DNA from: an uncultured Cytophagia bacterium
GTDB taxonomy: Bacteria > Zhuqueibacterota > Zhuqueibacteria > Thermofontimicrobiales > Thiofontviventaceae
NCBI GenBank assembly: GCA_964498785.1
Contig: CAZCJL010000008.1
Span: 33,032-97,031, forward strand
Length of the DNA stretch: 64,000 bases
Direction of reading: 5' to 3'
The translations under genes were made by a program, and so were the position numbers. Within the stretch, counting starts at the first letter, position 1; each line of letters opens with the position of its first letter. Positions 30,467 through 41,422 of this stretch are shown here, piece by piece. A model generated the notes under the pieces. The model had not been told where the DNA came from, ran no database searches, and saw nothing but the letters and a program-made list of their open reading frames with translations.

Positions 30467-30988
30467 TCATTCGTTGCTAACATTTTCTTCCTCAGCGGCT
30501 CCGGGCTGATTAAGAAAATCGATCTCATTAATATCTTTTCCGAGATTATCCAATTCCCATTTTACGGAACTTGCCAATTCATTATCAGGATACTTTTCCA
30601 GGAATTCCTGGTAATATTCCTTAGCTGTTTCCAGGTCTTGTAAATTATTGGCATTTATGAAACCAATCATAAACAATGACTGGGCAGCGAATTTGCTTTC
30701 CGGATATTTTTCAATCAGGTTTTTATGTGTTGCCACAGATTTTTCAAAGTCATTCAAATTATTTGAATATATCAAAGCAATTCTATATTTTGCCTGAATA
30801 GCTTCTGGCGCATCCGGGTATTTTTTCAACACTTTTTCAAAGGTTTTAATCGCGGTTAGAAAATTTTCTTCCGCTTCATACTGTTCCGCCAATGTCATCA
30901 ACTGCTCTTTTGTCTTTTTTTCTCCGCAACCGACGACCATTACGATAAGAAGTATTACAACCGCAAAAGAAGCGAAATGTTTAAACAT
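30467..30988 (-). CDS. TPR lipoprotein (BamD/CpoB-like repeats)
   Basis: Likely ATG at 30988 after GGAG. Lipobox VVGC, repeated KYP..A motifs, SLFMIGFI. Confidence 0.8.
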   Translation of the reverse strand: MFKHFASFAVVILLIVMVVGCGEKKTKEQLMTLAEQYEAEENFLTAIKTFEKVLKKYPDAPEAIQAKYRIALIYSNNLNDFEKSVATHKNLIEKYPESKFAAQSLFMIGFINANNLQDLETAKEYYQEFLEKYPDNELASSVKWELDNLGKDINEIDFLNQPGAAEEENVSNE

Positions 30989-31027
30989 ATCTCCTACCTC
31001 CAATTTAAGTTAAATTATTAGAGAAAT

Positions 31028-33643
31028 TTAAGAACTTTTTCTTTTAAAATCAAGCGAATTTTTATTTAAAAATATTTCAATACGGTCTCCTTTTTGAATT
31101 TCGCCGTTTAATAACTTTAATGCAAGTGGATTTGTCACCAATTTTTGAATTGTTCGTTTCAAAGGACGGGCGCCAAATACCGGATCATACCCAACCTGAG
31201 CAAGATAATTTGCAGCTCCGGTACTCAATTCAATTTCTATGCCCTTTTCATGCATCATTTTCACAATATTCCTGAACTGTAGCGTAACGATCTGTTTGAT
31301 ATTCCCACGCGTCAAAGCATGGAATACAATAATCTCATCCACGCGATTCAGAAATTCCGGTCGTAATGATTGTTTCAATACTTTTTCCATTTCTTTTTTA
31401 ATTTCTTCATGCACTTTCTCACGATTTTCATCGGTAATATCTTTTGTTTTTTCCATGATCAAATTAGCGCCGAGATTCGACGTCATGATAATGATTGTGT
31501 TCGTGAAATTCACGGTACGACCTTTATTATCAGTTAAGCGGCCGTCATCCAGGATTTGTAGCAGAATATTAAACACTTCAGGATGTGCTTTCTCAATTTC
31601 ATCGAGTAAAACCACAGAATATGGTCTGCGCCGCACTGCCTCGGTTAATTGTCCGCCTTCTTCATAGCCGACATATCCCGGAGGCGCTCCCACCAGTCGG
31701 GAAACAGAATGACGTTCCATGTATTCGGACATGTCAATACGAACCATCGCTTTTTCATCATCGAACAGAAATTCGGCCAAAGATCGCGCAAGCTCGGTTT
31801 TTCCCACTCCGGTTGATCCGAGAAAAATGAATGAGCCGATAGGTCGCTCCTGATCCTGTAACCCGGCGCGGGCTCTGCGAATTGCATCTGCGACTGCATT
31901 CACAGCTTCATTCTGGTCCACCAACCGCTGATGAATCCGGTCCTCCATTTTAGTTAATTTCTCGCGCTCCGACTCAAGCATTTGAGATACCGGAATACCA
32001 GTCCAACGGGAAACAATTTCAGAAATATCTTCTTCATCCACTTCTTCTTTCAACATTTTTCGTTCTTTCTGAAGGTCAATTAATCTGGCATTTTCCTCTT
32101 CTAATTGTTTCTGATATTCAATCAACTTTCCGTAGCGTAACTCCGCAGCTTTGCTCAAATCTCCTTCCCGTTCTGCTTTTACCGACTCTGTTTTAACCTG
32201 ATCTATCTTCCCTTTTGTTTCGCGAATCCGGCTGATTACTTCTTTTTCCATCTGCCAATGTGCGCGCAACTCTTTTCGTTTCTCGTCCAGGTTTGCTATT
32301 TCCTGTTTAATATCTTTTAGGCGTTTATTTGCAGCATCATTTTTTTCTTTTTTGATGCCTTCCCGTTCGATTTCTAACTGCCGAATTCGTCGTTCAACTT
32401 CATCCAGTTCTTCTGGCATACTATCAATTTCAATTCTCAATTTTGATGCTGCTTCATCGATCAAATCTACGGCTTTATCCGGTAAAAACCGATCAGCAAT
32501 GTAGCGTTTTGACAATGTTGCCGCAGCTACAATGGCAGAATCAAGAATTCTAACACCATGATGAACTTCATATTTTTCTTTGATTCCGCGCAGAATGGAA
32601 ATTGTATCTTCTACAGACGGCTCATCAACAAAAACCGGCTGGAATCGTCTTTCCAATGCGGCGTCTCTTTCAATATATTTTCGATATTCATCTAATGTTG
32701 TTGCGCCCACACAACGCAATTCACCCCGCGCCAACGCGGGTTTCAGCATATTAGATGCATCAACAGAACCTTCTGCCGCTCCTGCGCCAACCAGCGTATG
32801 CAACTCATCGATGAACAGAATAATTTCACCCTCAGCCTGCTGAATTTCATTTAGCACGGCTTTCAAACGCTCCTCAAATTCACCGCGGAATTTTGCACCT
32901 GCAATAAGCGCGCCCATATCCAGAGCGATGATTCTTTTCGTTTTCAAATTTTCCGGAACATCTCCCTCGACGATCCGGTGCGCCAGTCCTTCAGCGATCG
33001 CTGTTTTTCCGACGCCCGGTTCACCAATCAGCACCGGATTATTTTTCGTCCGGCGAGATAATACCTGGAGCACTCGTCTGATTTCATCATCCCTACCGAT
33101 AACAGGGTCCAGTTTTCCCTTTCGGGCCAGGTCATTCAAGTCCCGGCCATACTTTTTTAGCGCCTGATATTTCCCTTCCGGGCTTTGATCCGTTACTCGT
33201 TGGTTGCCCCTTATTTCCTTTAAAACTTTCAGGATCGTACTCCGGCTCACACCCTGTTCTTTTAGTAAAGCAGAAATTAACTCTCCTTTTTCCACAAGTC
33301 CGATCAACAGGTGTTCTGTGCTAACATATTCATCTCGCAGTTGATTTGTTTCTTTTATCGCCTGTTCAAATACTCTGTTCATTTCTTGTGAAATATATAA
33401 CTGCCCAATACTCCCCCCGGATACCCGAGGAATTTTTTCGAGCAACTCTGTTGCTCGCTGTTTAATCAACTCTATATTTCCACCGATTTTCTTAATGATG
33501 GATACGACAATCCCATCAGTTTGGTCTATGAGAGCCAATAGTAAATGTTCTGGACTAATCTGCTGATGGCTATGCTCATTAGCAATCGATTGTGCTTTTT
33601 GAATCGCTTCCTGTGATTTAATCGTAAATTTATCTAATGTCAT
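31028..33643 (-). CDS. clpB: ATP-dependent chaperone ClpB
   Basis: 871 aa; two AAA modules ([16 protein letters not shown]), middle coiled coil with AAELRYG, GARPLKR. Confidence 0.97.
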   Translation of the reverse strand: MTLDKFTIKSQEAIQKAQSIANEHSHQQISPEHLLLALIDQTDGIVVSIIKKIGGNIELIKQRATELLEKIPRVSGGSIGQLYISQEMNRVFEQAIKETNQLRDEYVSTEHLLIGLVEKGELISALLKEQGVSRSTILKVLKEIRGNQRVTDQSPEGKYQALKKYGRDLNDLARKGKLDPVIGRDDEIRRVLQVLSRRTKNNPVLIGEPGVGKTAIAEGLAHRIVEGDVPENLKTKRIIALDMGALIAGAKFRGEFEERLKAVLNEIQQAEGEIILFIDELHTLVGAGAAEGSVDASNMLKPALARGELRCVGATTLDEYRKYIERDAALERRFQPVFVDEPSVEDTISILRGIKEKYEVHHGVRILDSAIVAAATLSKRYIADRFLPDKAVDLIDEAASKLRIEIDSMPEELDEVERRIRQLEIEREGIKKEKNDAANKRLKDIKQEIANLDEKRKELRAHWQMEKEVISRIRETKGKIDQVKTESVKAEREGDLSKAAELRYGKLIEYQKQLEEENARLIDLQKERKMLKEEVDEEDISEIVSRWTGIPVSQMLESEREKLTKMEDRIHQRLVDQNEAVNAVADAIRRARAGLQDQERPIGSFIFLGSTGVGKTELARSLAEFLFDDEKAMVRIDMSEYMERHSVSRLVGAPPGYVGYEEGGQLTEAVRRRPYSVVLLDEIEKAHPEVFNILLQILDDGRLTDNKGRTVNFTNTIIIMTSNLGANLIMEKTKDITDENREKVHEEIKKEMEKVLKQSLRPEFLNRVDEIIVFHALTRGNIKQIVTLQFRNIVKMMHEKGIEIELSTGAANYLAQVGYDPVFGARPLKRTIQKLVTNPLALKLLNGEIQKGDRIEIFLNKNSLDFKRKSS

Positions 33644-33670
33644 ATATCATCACCTTCCTTTTCGTTATTT

Positions 33671-33702
33671 AAAAAAAGCGAGGCTAAATAACCTCGCTTT
33701 TT
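33671..33702 (-). terminator. Intrinsic terminator-like hairpin between dnaK and clpB
   Basis: AAAAAGCGAGG-8nt-CCTCGCTTTTT, with a T-run following on either strand. Confidence 0.7.
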
Positions 33703-33748
33703 CGCGCCCCCGCAAAATATCACATACATTTCAAAATCAACATATATA

Positions 33749-35692
33749 CTATTTCTTATCTTTATCTTCATCGTCAACAACTTCAAAATCTGCTTCTTCC
33801 ACATTACCTTTATCATCATCAGAAGTTTTGCCCTGCTGCTGCTGTTGTTGCTGTTCATCTGCGCCAGTTTCACCAGTCGCTCCTTCAGCGCCAGCAGTTT
33901 GTTGATATATCTTAGCAGAAACTTCATTCCATATTTTTTCGAGGGCTTCAACACTTGATTTTATCTCATCGGTATTATCACCTTTTAACGCTTCTTTGAC
34001 GCGCCCAGTAGCAGCTTCAAGCTTATTCTTTGATTCGGAATCAATTTTATCGCCCATTTCCTGTATATTCTTTTCAGTCTGATAGATCATCTGATCTGCT
34101 CTGTTTTTCGTTTCAATGGATTCTCGTTTTCGTTTGTCATCTGCAGCGTGCGTTTTTGCATCATTTACCATATTATCAATTTCTTCCTTAGATAATCCGG
34201 TGGATGCTTCAATTCGAATGGATTGTTGTTTATTGGTTGCTTTATCTTTTGCCGAGACATTGAGAATACCATTAGCGTCAATATCAAATATCACTTCAAT
34301 TTGAGGAATGCCGCGCGGCGCCGGCGGGATTCCGTCGAGATGAAATCGTCCCAACGTTCGGTTGCCGGTCGCCATTTCTCGTTCACCCTGCAAGATGTGA
34401 ATTTCTACAGACGGTTGACTATCCGAAGCTGTGGAAAATATTTCCGATTTTCGAGTCGGGATTGTGGTATTTTTCTCGATCAATTTAGTAAAAACACCGC
34501 CTAATGTTTCGATTCCGAGAGAAAGCGGTGTAACATCGAGTAACAGTACATCCGAAACATCACCTGCTAAAACACCACCCTGAATTGCAGCGCCAATGGC
34601 AACGACTTCGTCCGGGTTTACTCCTTTATGCGGATCTTTTTGAAACAAATCTTTAACAATTTGCTGTACTTTTGGCATTCGGGTTGAACCACCAACCAAT
34701 ACAACCTCATCGATATCGCCCGGAGACATGCCCGCATCTCGTAGTGCGTTTTTACAAGGTGCAATTGTTCTTTCAAACAGGTCATTACATAATTGTTCAA
34801 ACCTGGATCGGGATAACGTCATATTTAAATGTTTCGGTCCCGAATCTGTGGCTGTGATAAATGGCAAATTAATATCAGTTTGAGAAACTGTTGATAATTC
34901 ACATTTTGCTTTCTCAGCCGCTTCTTTCAATCGCTGCAAAGCCATCGGGTCTTTAGAAAGGTCAACTCCTTCCTGCCTGACAAACTCATCCACCATCCAA
35001 TCGATGATTTTCTGGTCAAAGTCATCACCACCAAGATGCGTATCACCGTTCGTTGATTTTACCTCAAAAACACCATCGCCAATTTCAAGGATCGAAATAT
35101 CAAAAGTTCCGCCACCGAGGTCAAACACAGCAATTTTCTCATCTTTTTTCTTATCTAATCCATAGGCAAGAGATGCGGCTGTCGGTTCGTTTATAATCCG
35201 TTGCACCTTAAGACCAGAAATTTCACCAGCTTCTTTTGTCGCCTGTCGCTGACTGTCATTAAAATAAGCAGGAACAGTAATAACAGCTTCTGTTACTTTC
35301 TCACCCAGGTAATCTTCAGCGGTTTGTTTCATTTTTTGCAAAACCATGGCAGAAATTTCTTGCGGTGAATACTCTTTATCTTTAATTTTTACTCGCGCAA
35401 CGTCATTTTTTCCACGAACGATTTTGTAAGGGACTTCATCTATTTCTGTCCCAACTTCGTCATAACGTCTTCCCATAAAACGTTTAATAGAATAAATTGT
35501 ATTTTCAGGATTTGTAATAGCCTGCCTTTTTGCTACCTGCCCTGCCAGCCGTTCTCCATCTTTTGTGAATGCCACGACAGACGGAGTTGTTCTTCCACCT
35601 TCGGAATTAGAAATTACAACAGGTTCTCCGCCCTCCATCACAGCTACGCATGAGTTAGTTGTTCCTAAATCTATTCCTATTATTTTACCCAT
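33749..35692 (-). CDS. dnaK: Chaperone DnaK (Hsp70)
   Basis: [34 protein letters not shown]. Confidence 0.98.
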   Translation of the reverse strand: MGKIIGIDLGTTNSCVAVMEGGEPVVISNSEGGRTTPSVVAFTKDGERLAGQVAKRQAITNPENTIYSIKRFMGRRYDEVGTEIDEVPYKIVRGKNDVARVKIKDKEYSPQEISAMVLQKMKQTAEDYLGEKVTEAVITVPAYFNDSQRQATKEAGEISGLKVQRIINEPTAASLAYGLDKKKDEKIAVFDLGGGTFDISILEIGDGVFEVKSTNGDTHLGGDDFDQKIIDWMVDEFVRQEGVDLSKDPMALQRLKEAAEKAKCELSTVSQTDINLPFITATDSGPKHLNMTLSRSRFEQLCNDLFERTIAPCKNALRDAGMSPGDIDEVVLVGGSTRMPKVQQIVKDLFQKDPHKGVNPDEVVAIGAAIQGGVLAGDVSDVLLLDVTPLSLGIETLGGVFTKLIEKNTTIPTRKSEIFSTASDSQPSVEIHILQGEREMATGNRTLGRFHLDGIPPAPRGIPQIEVIFDIDANGILNVSAKDKATNKQQSIRIEASTGLSKEEIDNMVNDAKTHAADDKRKRESIETKNRADQMIYQTEKNIQEMGDKIDSESKNKLEAATGRVKEALKGDNTDEIKSSVEALEKIWNEVSAKIYQQTAGAEGATGETGADEQQQQQQQGKTSDDDKGNVEEADFEVVDDEDKDKK

Positions 35693-35762
35693 TTAAAACC
35701 TCCAACATCTAAATTCTATATTCTTCGTCTATAATTAATTGCTAAAATTTCGGATAAATAAA

Positions 35763-35778
35763 TGCAACCATTGTGCCA
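35763..35778 (-). promoter_or_regulatory. Sigma54 (-24/-12) promoter of dnaK
   Basis: Minus strand TGGCAC-AATGG-TTGCA matches consensus TGGCAC-N5-TTGC, about 70 bp upstream of the dnaK ATG. Confidence 0.75.
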
Positions 35779-35795
35779 TTTAAAAACGAAATGCG

Positions 35796-35808
35796 TAACC
35801 GTTTGATT
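35796..35808 (-). promoter_or_regulatory. Putative IHF site upstream of the dnaK sigma54 promoter
   Basis: AATCAA-ACGG-TTA fits WATCAR-N4-TTR; it lies within the inverted repeat AAATGCGTAAC..GTTACGCATTT. Confidence 0.5.
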
Positions 35809-35876
35809 AATTAATTGTTACGCATTTCGTTGCATGTTATTTGTTACCAAAAAACATTAAAATATCTGCCGTTATG

Positions 35877-36167
35877 TCATGCTTTTTCTGTCATATTGTT
35901 AACAGTTTTGGTTTTTTCACTACTTTTACTTACAGAGCTGTCAGTCGGAATTTTTTCGACTTTAGACTTTTGTTTTTTGTACTTATCGCTTCGATAATCA
36001 GTAATATAAAATCCGGATCCTTTAAAAATAAATCCATTTCCCGCGCTAATAATGCGATGCACATGTCCATTGCACTTCGGACAAATTGACAAAGCATCGG
36101 CCGTGATTTGCTGAAACTCATCGAAATGATACCCGCATTCATCACATACATACTCGTACGTCGGCAT
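35877..36167 (-). CDS. FmdB-family zinc-ribbon protein
   Basis: MPTYEYVCDECG..CPKC..FKGSGFYITDY. Confidence 0.92.
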   Translation of the reverse strand: MPTYEYVCDECGYHFDEFQQITADALSICPKCNGHVHRIISAGNGFIFKGSGFYITDYRSDKYKKQKSKVEKIPTDSSVSKSSEKTKTVNNMTEKA

Positions 36168-36192
36168 CTGTATATCTCCTATATATCAATTG

Positions 36193-37734
36193 TTACTCTT
36201 TTGGAATTTTGAATGATACATAGTAATGATCATTCCCTTTTTTCAGGCGAATAAATACAATACCCCTTGGTTTAATTGAATCTAAGACTTCATTAAAATC
36301 GCTAACGTTTTTTATTTTCTTTCGATTAATTTCCTTAATCAAATCTCCCTCTCGGATTCCTTCGCGAAAAGCGATACTCGCGCGACTGACATAGGTTACA
36401 ACAACGCCTTGCTCTTTTTCGTAGCCATAACGATTTTCCAGATCAGATGTCAGAGACTCCACCTTGATACCTAGTTTTTCAGAGCTTTTCGCTTCCCGGC
36501 CGGAGGCAACTGCTTCCTTGTCATCGGGTCGTTCTCCCAGGGCGGTCTCGACACTAATGATCTTATCTCCTCTTTTTACCTTAAATATAACTTTTTTATT
36601 CGGCTCTGTAGAGGCAATCATTAAAGTTAAATGCGTCTGATCACGAACTTCTTTACCATCAAATTCGAGAATTACGTCTTCCACTTTAAAACCAGCTTTT
36701 TCAGCCGGGCTATCTTCAAGAACCTGAGCCACAAGAGCGCCGCGGGCTTCCTTTAAATCCAGCGCTTGAGCCATTTCATCATCAATGCCCTGGATCATGA
36801 CGCCCAACCAGCCACGCACAACATGCCCTTTTTCAATCAGCATTTCCATAACATGGCGTGCCATATTAACAGGGATCGCAAAACCAATTCCGACATTCCC
36901 TCCGCTTCCGGAAATGATTGCAGTGTTAATGCCAATCAACTCACCCCGTAAATTGACAAGAGCGCCACCGCTATTTCCCGGATTAATGGCAGCATCGGTT
37001 TGAATAAAATCTTCATACTGAGCCAATTGAAAATTTGATCGTCCTTTTGCGCTGATGATGCCATGAGTTACCGTATGTTCCAACTGTGCTGAAAACGGGT
37101 TCCCGATTGCCAAAGCCAATTGCCCGACTTGAATTTTATCAGAGTCTCCCAGGCGAATAGCAGGTAAATTTTTCTCGTCAATTTTAATCACAGCAACATC
37201 GGTTTTCGCGTCTGCACCAATAATTTGGGCATCGTATTTTTTATTACCAATGGTAAGAACTGTTATTTCATCTGCATCTTTAATCACATGATTGTTTGTA
37301 ATAATATATCCGTCCGAACTAATAATAACTCCGGATCCTAATCCTTGTTGTCTAAATTCCTCTTCCTCCGGGAGCTGCCGGCCTCGATCTCTTCTGCCAT
37401 CAGGTGTTTGAAAAAAATGTCTAAAAAAATCATCATTAAAGAAATCTGAAAAAGGATTGTTTCGCCGGTATTTGATAATTCTTGCACTGGTTATTGTAAC
37501 AACAGATGGTTTTACTTCTCTTGCAACATTCACAAAAGCGTTTTCTAACCCGGCTAAATCTACGCCTGATTGCAACGGATCTTTACTTGATCCGAGTGCA
37601 ACGACTTTATTTTTATCCTGTTGTGAAGCGACACTGCTATCGGTCCATTCAAAATTCGATGCGATAATTAAACCGGCAATAACTCCAATGAATATAGACC
37701 CTACAACCACCAACATTATTTTATGTGATTTCAT
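36193..37734 (-). CDS. degP: Do/DegP/DegQ (HtrA) serine endoprotease with two PDZ domains
   Basis: TNNHV, TDVAV, QTDAAINPGNSGG, RGWLGV and two PDZ domains. Confidence 0.92.
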   Translation of the reverse strand: MKSHKIMLVVVGSIFIGVIAGLIIASNFEWTDSSVASQQDKNKVVALGSSKDPLQSGVDLAGLENAFVNVAREVKPSVVTITSARIIKYRRNNPFSDFFNDDFFRHFFQTPDGRRDRGRQLPEEEEFRQQGLGSGVIISSDGYIITNNHVIKDADEITVLTIGNKKYDAQIIGADAKTDVAVIKIDEKNLPAIRLGDSDKIQVGQLALAIGNPFSAQLEHTVTHGIISAKGRSNFQLAQYEDFIQTDAAINPGNSGGALVNLRGELIGINTAIISGSGGNVGIGFAIPVNMARHVMEMLIEKGHVVRGWLGVMIQGIDDEMAQALDLKEARGALVAQVLEDSPAEKAGFKVEDVILEFDGKEVRDQTHLTLMIASTEPNKKVIFKVKRGDKIISVETALGERPDDKEAVASGREAKSSEKLGIKVESLTSDLENRYGYEKEQGVVVTYVSRASIAFREGIREGDLIKEINRKKIKNVSDFNEVLDSIKPRGIVFIRLKKGNDHYYVSFKIPKE

Positions 37735-37779
37735 TTGTTCCTCCTCATATTGGAATAAATATTTAATTCATATTTATTG

Positions 37780-38883
37780 CTACTTTTCCTTTTTTTCATT
37801 TGATTGCTGACGCAATTTAATTGTTACGTAAAGATTTCCTTTGCCACTCTTTGATTCAACCCCATGCCCTTTTAGCCGAAAACTTTTGCCATCTTTAGTG
37901 TTAGGAGGAAGTTTAATCTCCAATTTCTTTCCATAAGGTGTTCGGATGCGTAATTTCGTTCCTGTTTCAGCTTTGTCAGTATCCACCGGAATTTCACAAT
38001 AAAGATCATTTCCATTGCGGTTAAAAAATCGATGCGGCTTGATCTTGATTGTTAAATAGATATCTCCAGGCACACCTTTATTAGTTCCGGGATTTCCCTG
38101 ACCTTTCAATCGTAACTTTGCTCCTTCCTGAATACCGCGCGGGATATTAACCGCTAATCTTTTTTGTGTATGTACAACACCGCGTCCGTTGCATTGATTG
38201 CATGGATTTTTAATAATTTGTCCCCTACCGTAACATTGAGGACAGGGACGGTTGACAGCAAAAAAGCCCTGAGACATCGAAATAGAACCTGTCCCGTGAC
38301 ATGTGGGGCATATTTCCGGTCTTGATCCCGGACTGGCGCCAGAGCCGTGACAGACCGGACAATTCTCCTCCCGGGAGACGTTTATATACTGCTTACCACC
38401 GTTAAGCGCTAATTCAAATGGTATCGTAATTGTTGAATAAATATCTTCACCAGTTTGTTTGCCAGTTCGTCGAGTTTTTTTAACGCGTCCGCGTCGATCA
38501 AAAAGGTCTCCGAGAATATCACCCAAACCAAATCCAGCAGAACCGAACATATCTTCAAAAGATAAATTTTCTGTTCTTTGATATTCGTCATGGCCCGGCC
38601 CCCAGAAATCATTGATGTTTGAAAAATCAAATCCGCCGTTAGCGCCGCCTGCGCCCGCACCAAAAGCGCCCATTTTCCGCATCTGATCGTACTTTTTTCT
38701 CTTTTCAGGCTTGCTAAGAACGCTGTAAGCCTCAGAAATCTCTTTAAAAAGGGACTCTGCTTCCTTGTCACCTTTATTAGCGTCCGGGTGATACTTTTTT
38801 GCCTGTTCACGATAAGCTCGTTTTATTTCACTGGTATCGGCATCTTCTTTTACACCCAATATGTCGTAATAGTCTTTCGCCAT
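37780..38883 (-). CDS. dnaJ: Chaperone DnaJ
   Basis: J domain with HPD, G/F-rich region, four CxxCxGxG repeats. Confidence 0.95.
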   Translation of the reverse strand: MAKDYYDILGVKEDADTSEIKRAYREQAKKYHPDANKGDKEAESLFKEISEAYSVLSKPEKRKKYDQMRKMGAFGAGAGGANGGFDFSNINDFWGPGHDEYQRTENLSFEDMFGSAGFGLGDILGDLFDRRGRVKKTRRTGKQTGEDIYSTITIPFELALNGGKQYINVSREENCPVCHGSGASPGSRPEICPTCHGTGSISMSQGFFAVNRPCPQCYGRGQIIKNPCNQCNGRGVVHTQKRLAVNIPRGIQEGAKLRLKGQGNPGTNKGVPGDIYLTIKIKPHRFFNRNGNDLYCEIPVDTDKAETGTKLRIRTPYGKKLEIKLPPNTKDGKSFRLKGHGVESKSGKGNLYVTIKLRQQSNEKKEK

Positions 38884-38898
38884 AAATAACTATGTTAT

Positions 38899-39471
38899 TC
38901 ACTCCTTTTTAAATACTTTCACTTTCGCTGGTCTCAACAATTTTGATTTAAACAAATAACCCTTTTCCCATTCCTCCAAAACTATGTTATCCTCGCCATC
39001 CTCCCCCTTTTCTATAACGACCGCCTCGTGCCATTCCGGGTCAAATTCTTCTCCCACAGCATCTATCGGTTCAAGACCTTCGTTTTCTAATATGGTAATA
39101 AGCTTTGCATAAATCAACTTATTCACATTTAATTGTGCTTCTTCGATATGTTGCGAATTATCAAACATCCTCTCAAAATCATCAATAACTGGCAAAAATT
39201 TACCAATCAAGTCACTTTTAACAAAATCGGAAAGTTCTATCCTCTCCCTCCGGACTCGTTTCTTATAATTTTCAAATTCAGCTTTTAACCGTTGCAACAT
39301 ATCAAAATAATCGCGGTCATCAGACTCTGGTTTTTCTGAAGCCTGCTGGCTCTCCGTTAAATCTTGCTGTTGCAGATCACCATCCTTGTTTTCCAAGTCC
39401 TTGCTTTCATTTTTTTTTTCATTTGAAATTGGTACATCATACGCATCATCATATTTTTTCTTATTTGTCAT
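38899..39471 (-). CDS. grpE: Nucleotide exchange factor GrpE
   Basis: RLKAEFENYKKR, FDPEWHEAV, KGY..LLRPAKVKV. Confidence 0.95.
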   Translation of the reverse strand: MTNKKKYDDAYDVPISNEKKNESKDLENKDGDLQQQDLTESQQASEKPESDDRDYFDMLQRLKAEFENYKKRVRRERIELSDFVKSDLIGKFLPVIDDFERMFDNSQHIEEAQLNVNKLIYAKLITILENEGLEPIDAVGEEFDPEWHEAVVIEKGEDGEDNIVLEEWEKGYLFKSKLLRPAKVKVFKKE

Positions 39472-39549
39472 TCGTTTACTCCATTTGTTTACACTATTTG
39501 TGTGGCCATTTTTCTATAAGACGGCAATTGTTTTTAAAAAGATTTATTG

Positions 39550-39564
39550 ACAAAAATTATGCCA
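39550..39564 (-). promoter_or_regulatory. Sigma54-like promoter of grpE-dnaJ
   Basis: Minus strand TGGCAT-AATTT-TTGT (-12 GC replaced by GT). IHF-like TATCAGAAAGTTA at 39595-39607 and CTGACATTTTGACAG at 39654-39668 lie upstream. Confidence 0.55.
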
Positions 39565-39670
39565 GCACATTTCTTTATCTCTTATCATTATTTTTATCAG
39601 AAAGTTAGCTCGCATAAAAATACAATATAAATTCTTATATACAAAAAAAAGGCCTGACATTTTGACAGAC

Positions 39671-39708
39671 AAAAAAAAGGCACAGAATTTTTAGAAGAAT
39701 TCTGTGCC
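39671..39708 (-). terminator. Intrinsic terminator after the second htrA gene
   Basis: GGCACAGAATT-8nt-AATTCTGTGCC followed by T8 on the minus strand. Confidence 0.75.
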
Positions 39709-39915
39709 GTTAAAATTTGCCTAAAATTTCAAATCAAGATATTGATATTTAGCCTGCATTATTCACAAAGCGTGTCACAGAAAAACAGCAACGTGTGTGC
39801 ATATTACTTTTCAAACTGAGTTAAGAAAAATTCGAGTTGCTATTATAGTTTGCGTAACGTTTTGAAAATAAAAACGCTGTGTACTCTGAGCCTCTGTGGG
39901 TATTAATTTTTCAGG

Positions 39916-41397
39916 TTAGACAATTTCCATAAAAGCATGAAAAGTGGTATCACCCCGTAATATTTTCAAGATGATAACGTCTTTGTGTTTGAGTGCGGCC
40001 AACACCGACAGGAAAATATCTACGGAAAGTATTTTTCGGTCACCGATTTCGAGAATAAGATCATGTAATTGAACACCTGCCTCATAGGCCGGACTAAATC
40101 TTTCCAGCGCGGTAACGATTACGCCATAATCTTTATCAATGCCCAAATCTTTGGCAACCTGGCCAGCAATAGATTCAACTTGCAGCCCACCATTCTCGTA
40201 GTTCTTTTTTTGATTAAGAGCAGATTTAACTTGAATCGATTGTTTTCTTTCGCCAAGGGCTACGGTTAATTTAACAGGTTGTTTTTTTCTGATAACTATT
40301 AATTCGAGAAGATCGGCTGGGTTTTTCTGTGTAATGATACTTTGAACAATATTTGCATCATTGACTTCCATGTCATCAATTTTTATGAGAACATCTTTTT
40401 CACGTAATCCGGCAGCCCTTGCGGGGCCACCTTCGCTCAGGGCATCGATAAAAACGCCTCTGGGTTTATCCAATCCTAATGCACGTGCTTTCTTTTCATC
40501 AACATCCTGCATCGAAACGCCGAGATAGCCTCTCACAACCCGGCCTTTTTCAATCAGGTCATCCATAATTTCCCTGGCAAGATTGATGGGAATAGCAAAT
40601 CCATATCCCTGGTTATAGCCGTTTTCCGTGGCAATAGCTGTGTTAATACCAATCACCTCGCCGTTTAAATTAACTAACGCCCCCCCACTATTTCCAGGAT
40701 TAATCGCAGCGTCGGTTTGGATAAAATTTTCCACACCATACGTATCGCGAATAATATTAATATCTCTTCCCATTGCGCTGATAATGCCTGCTGTGATTGT
40801 AGAACTCAATTCCAACGGATTTCCTACCGCAAGAACCCATTCACCAATGAGGCATGATTCGGAGTCACCAAGTTTAGCCACTGGCAGTCGATCACCGTCG
40901 ATTTTTATAACCGCGACTTCGGTTAGTGGATCCACGCCCACAATTTCAGCATGAAATGTTCGACGGTCAGATAACGACACTTCAATAAATTCTGCATTTT
41001 CGACGACATGTACATTTGTTAAAACATGACCATCCTTTGAAACAATAATTCCTGATCCGGATCCGCGCTGACGGAATTCCCGAGGGATCGAATGATTATT
41101 ATAATATTGATCGCCAAAAAATTCGTTCATGTCACTACCGCCTAATCTCTGTCGCCACAAATCTCTTGTACGGACGACCAGTGTACTATGAATGCTCACA
41201 ACAGTGGGAATAACTTGTTGCGCGATTTCTGTAAACGCCTGACTCGTTTTGTATATATTAAATGTCGATTTCGATATATTTTTATTTCGGGTTAAAATAA
41301 AATCATCCGAGGATTTGACACTATATCCCAAATTAAAAATAAGCGTAACGAAAACTGCTATTGTTGTAACCATCAGGATGCGTAATCTACCAGACAT
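39916..41397 (-). CDS. HtrA/DegQ-family serine protease with PDZ domains (Glu at the triad Asp position)
   Basis: TNVHV, DPLTEVAV, QTDAAINPGNSGG, RGYLGV, two PDZ-like regions. Confidence 0.9.
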   Translation of the reverse strand: MSGRLRILMVTTIAVFVTLIFNLGYSVKSSDDFILTRNKNISKSTFNIYKTSQAFTEIAQQVIPTVVSIHSTLVVRTRDLWRQRLGGSDMNEFFGDQYYNNHSIPREFRQRGSGSGIIVSKDGHVLTNVHVVENAEFIEVSLSDRRTFHAEIVGVDPLTEVAVIKIDGDRLPVAKLGDSESCLIGEWVLAVGNPLELSSTITAGIISAMGRDINIIRDTYGVENFIQTDAAINPGNSGGALVNLNGEVIGINTAIATENGYNQGYGFAIPINLAREIMDDLIEKGRVVRGYLGVSMQDVDEKKARALGLDKPRGVFIDALSEGGPARAAGLREKDVLIKIDDMEVNDANIVQSIITQKNPADLLELIVIRKKQPVKLTVALGERKQSIQVKSALNQKKNYENGGLQVESIAGQVAKDLGIDKDYGVIVTALERFSPAYEAGVQLHDLILEIGDRKILSVDIFLSVLAALKHKDVIILKILRGDTTFHAFMEIV

Positions 41398-41422
41398 TGT
41401 CTTGTTCCTTCATAATCAATAT

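Noticed and set aside
35693-39915. CIRCE/HrcA control of the chaperone genes
   Set aside because: No TTAGCACTC-N9-GAGTGCTAA was seen upstream of grpE or dnaK, and there is no hrcA in the window.
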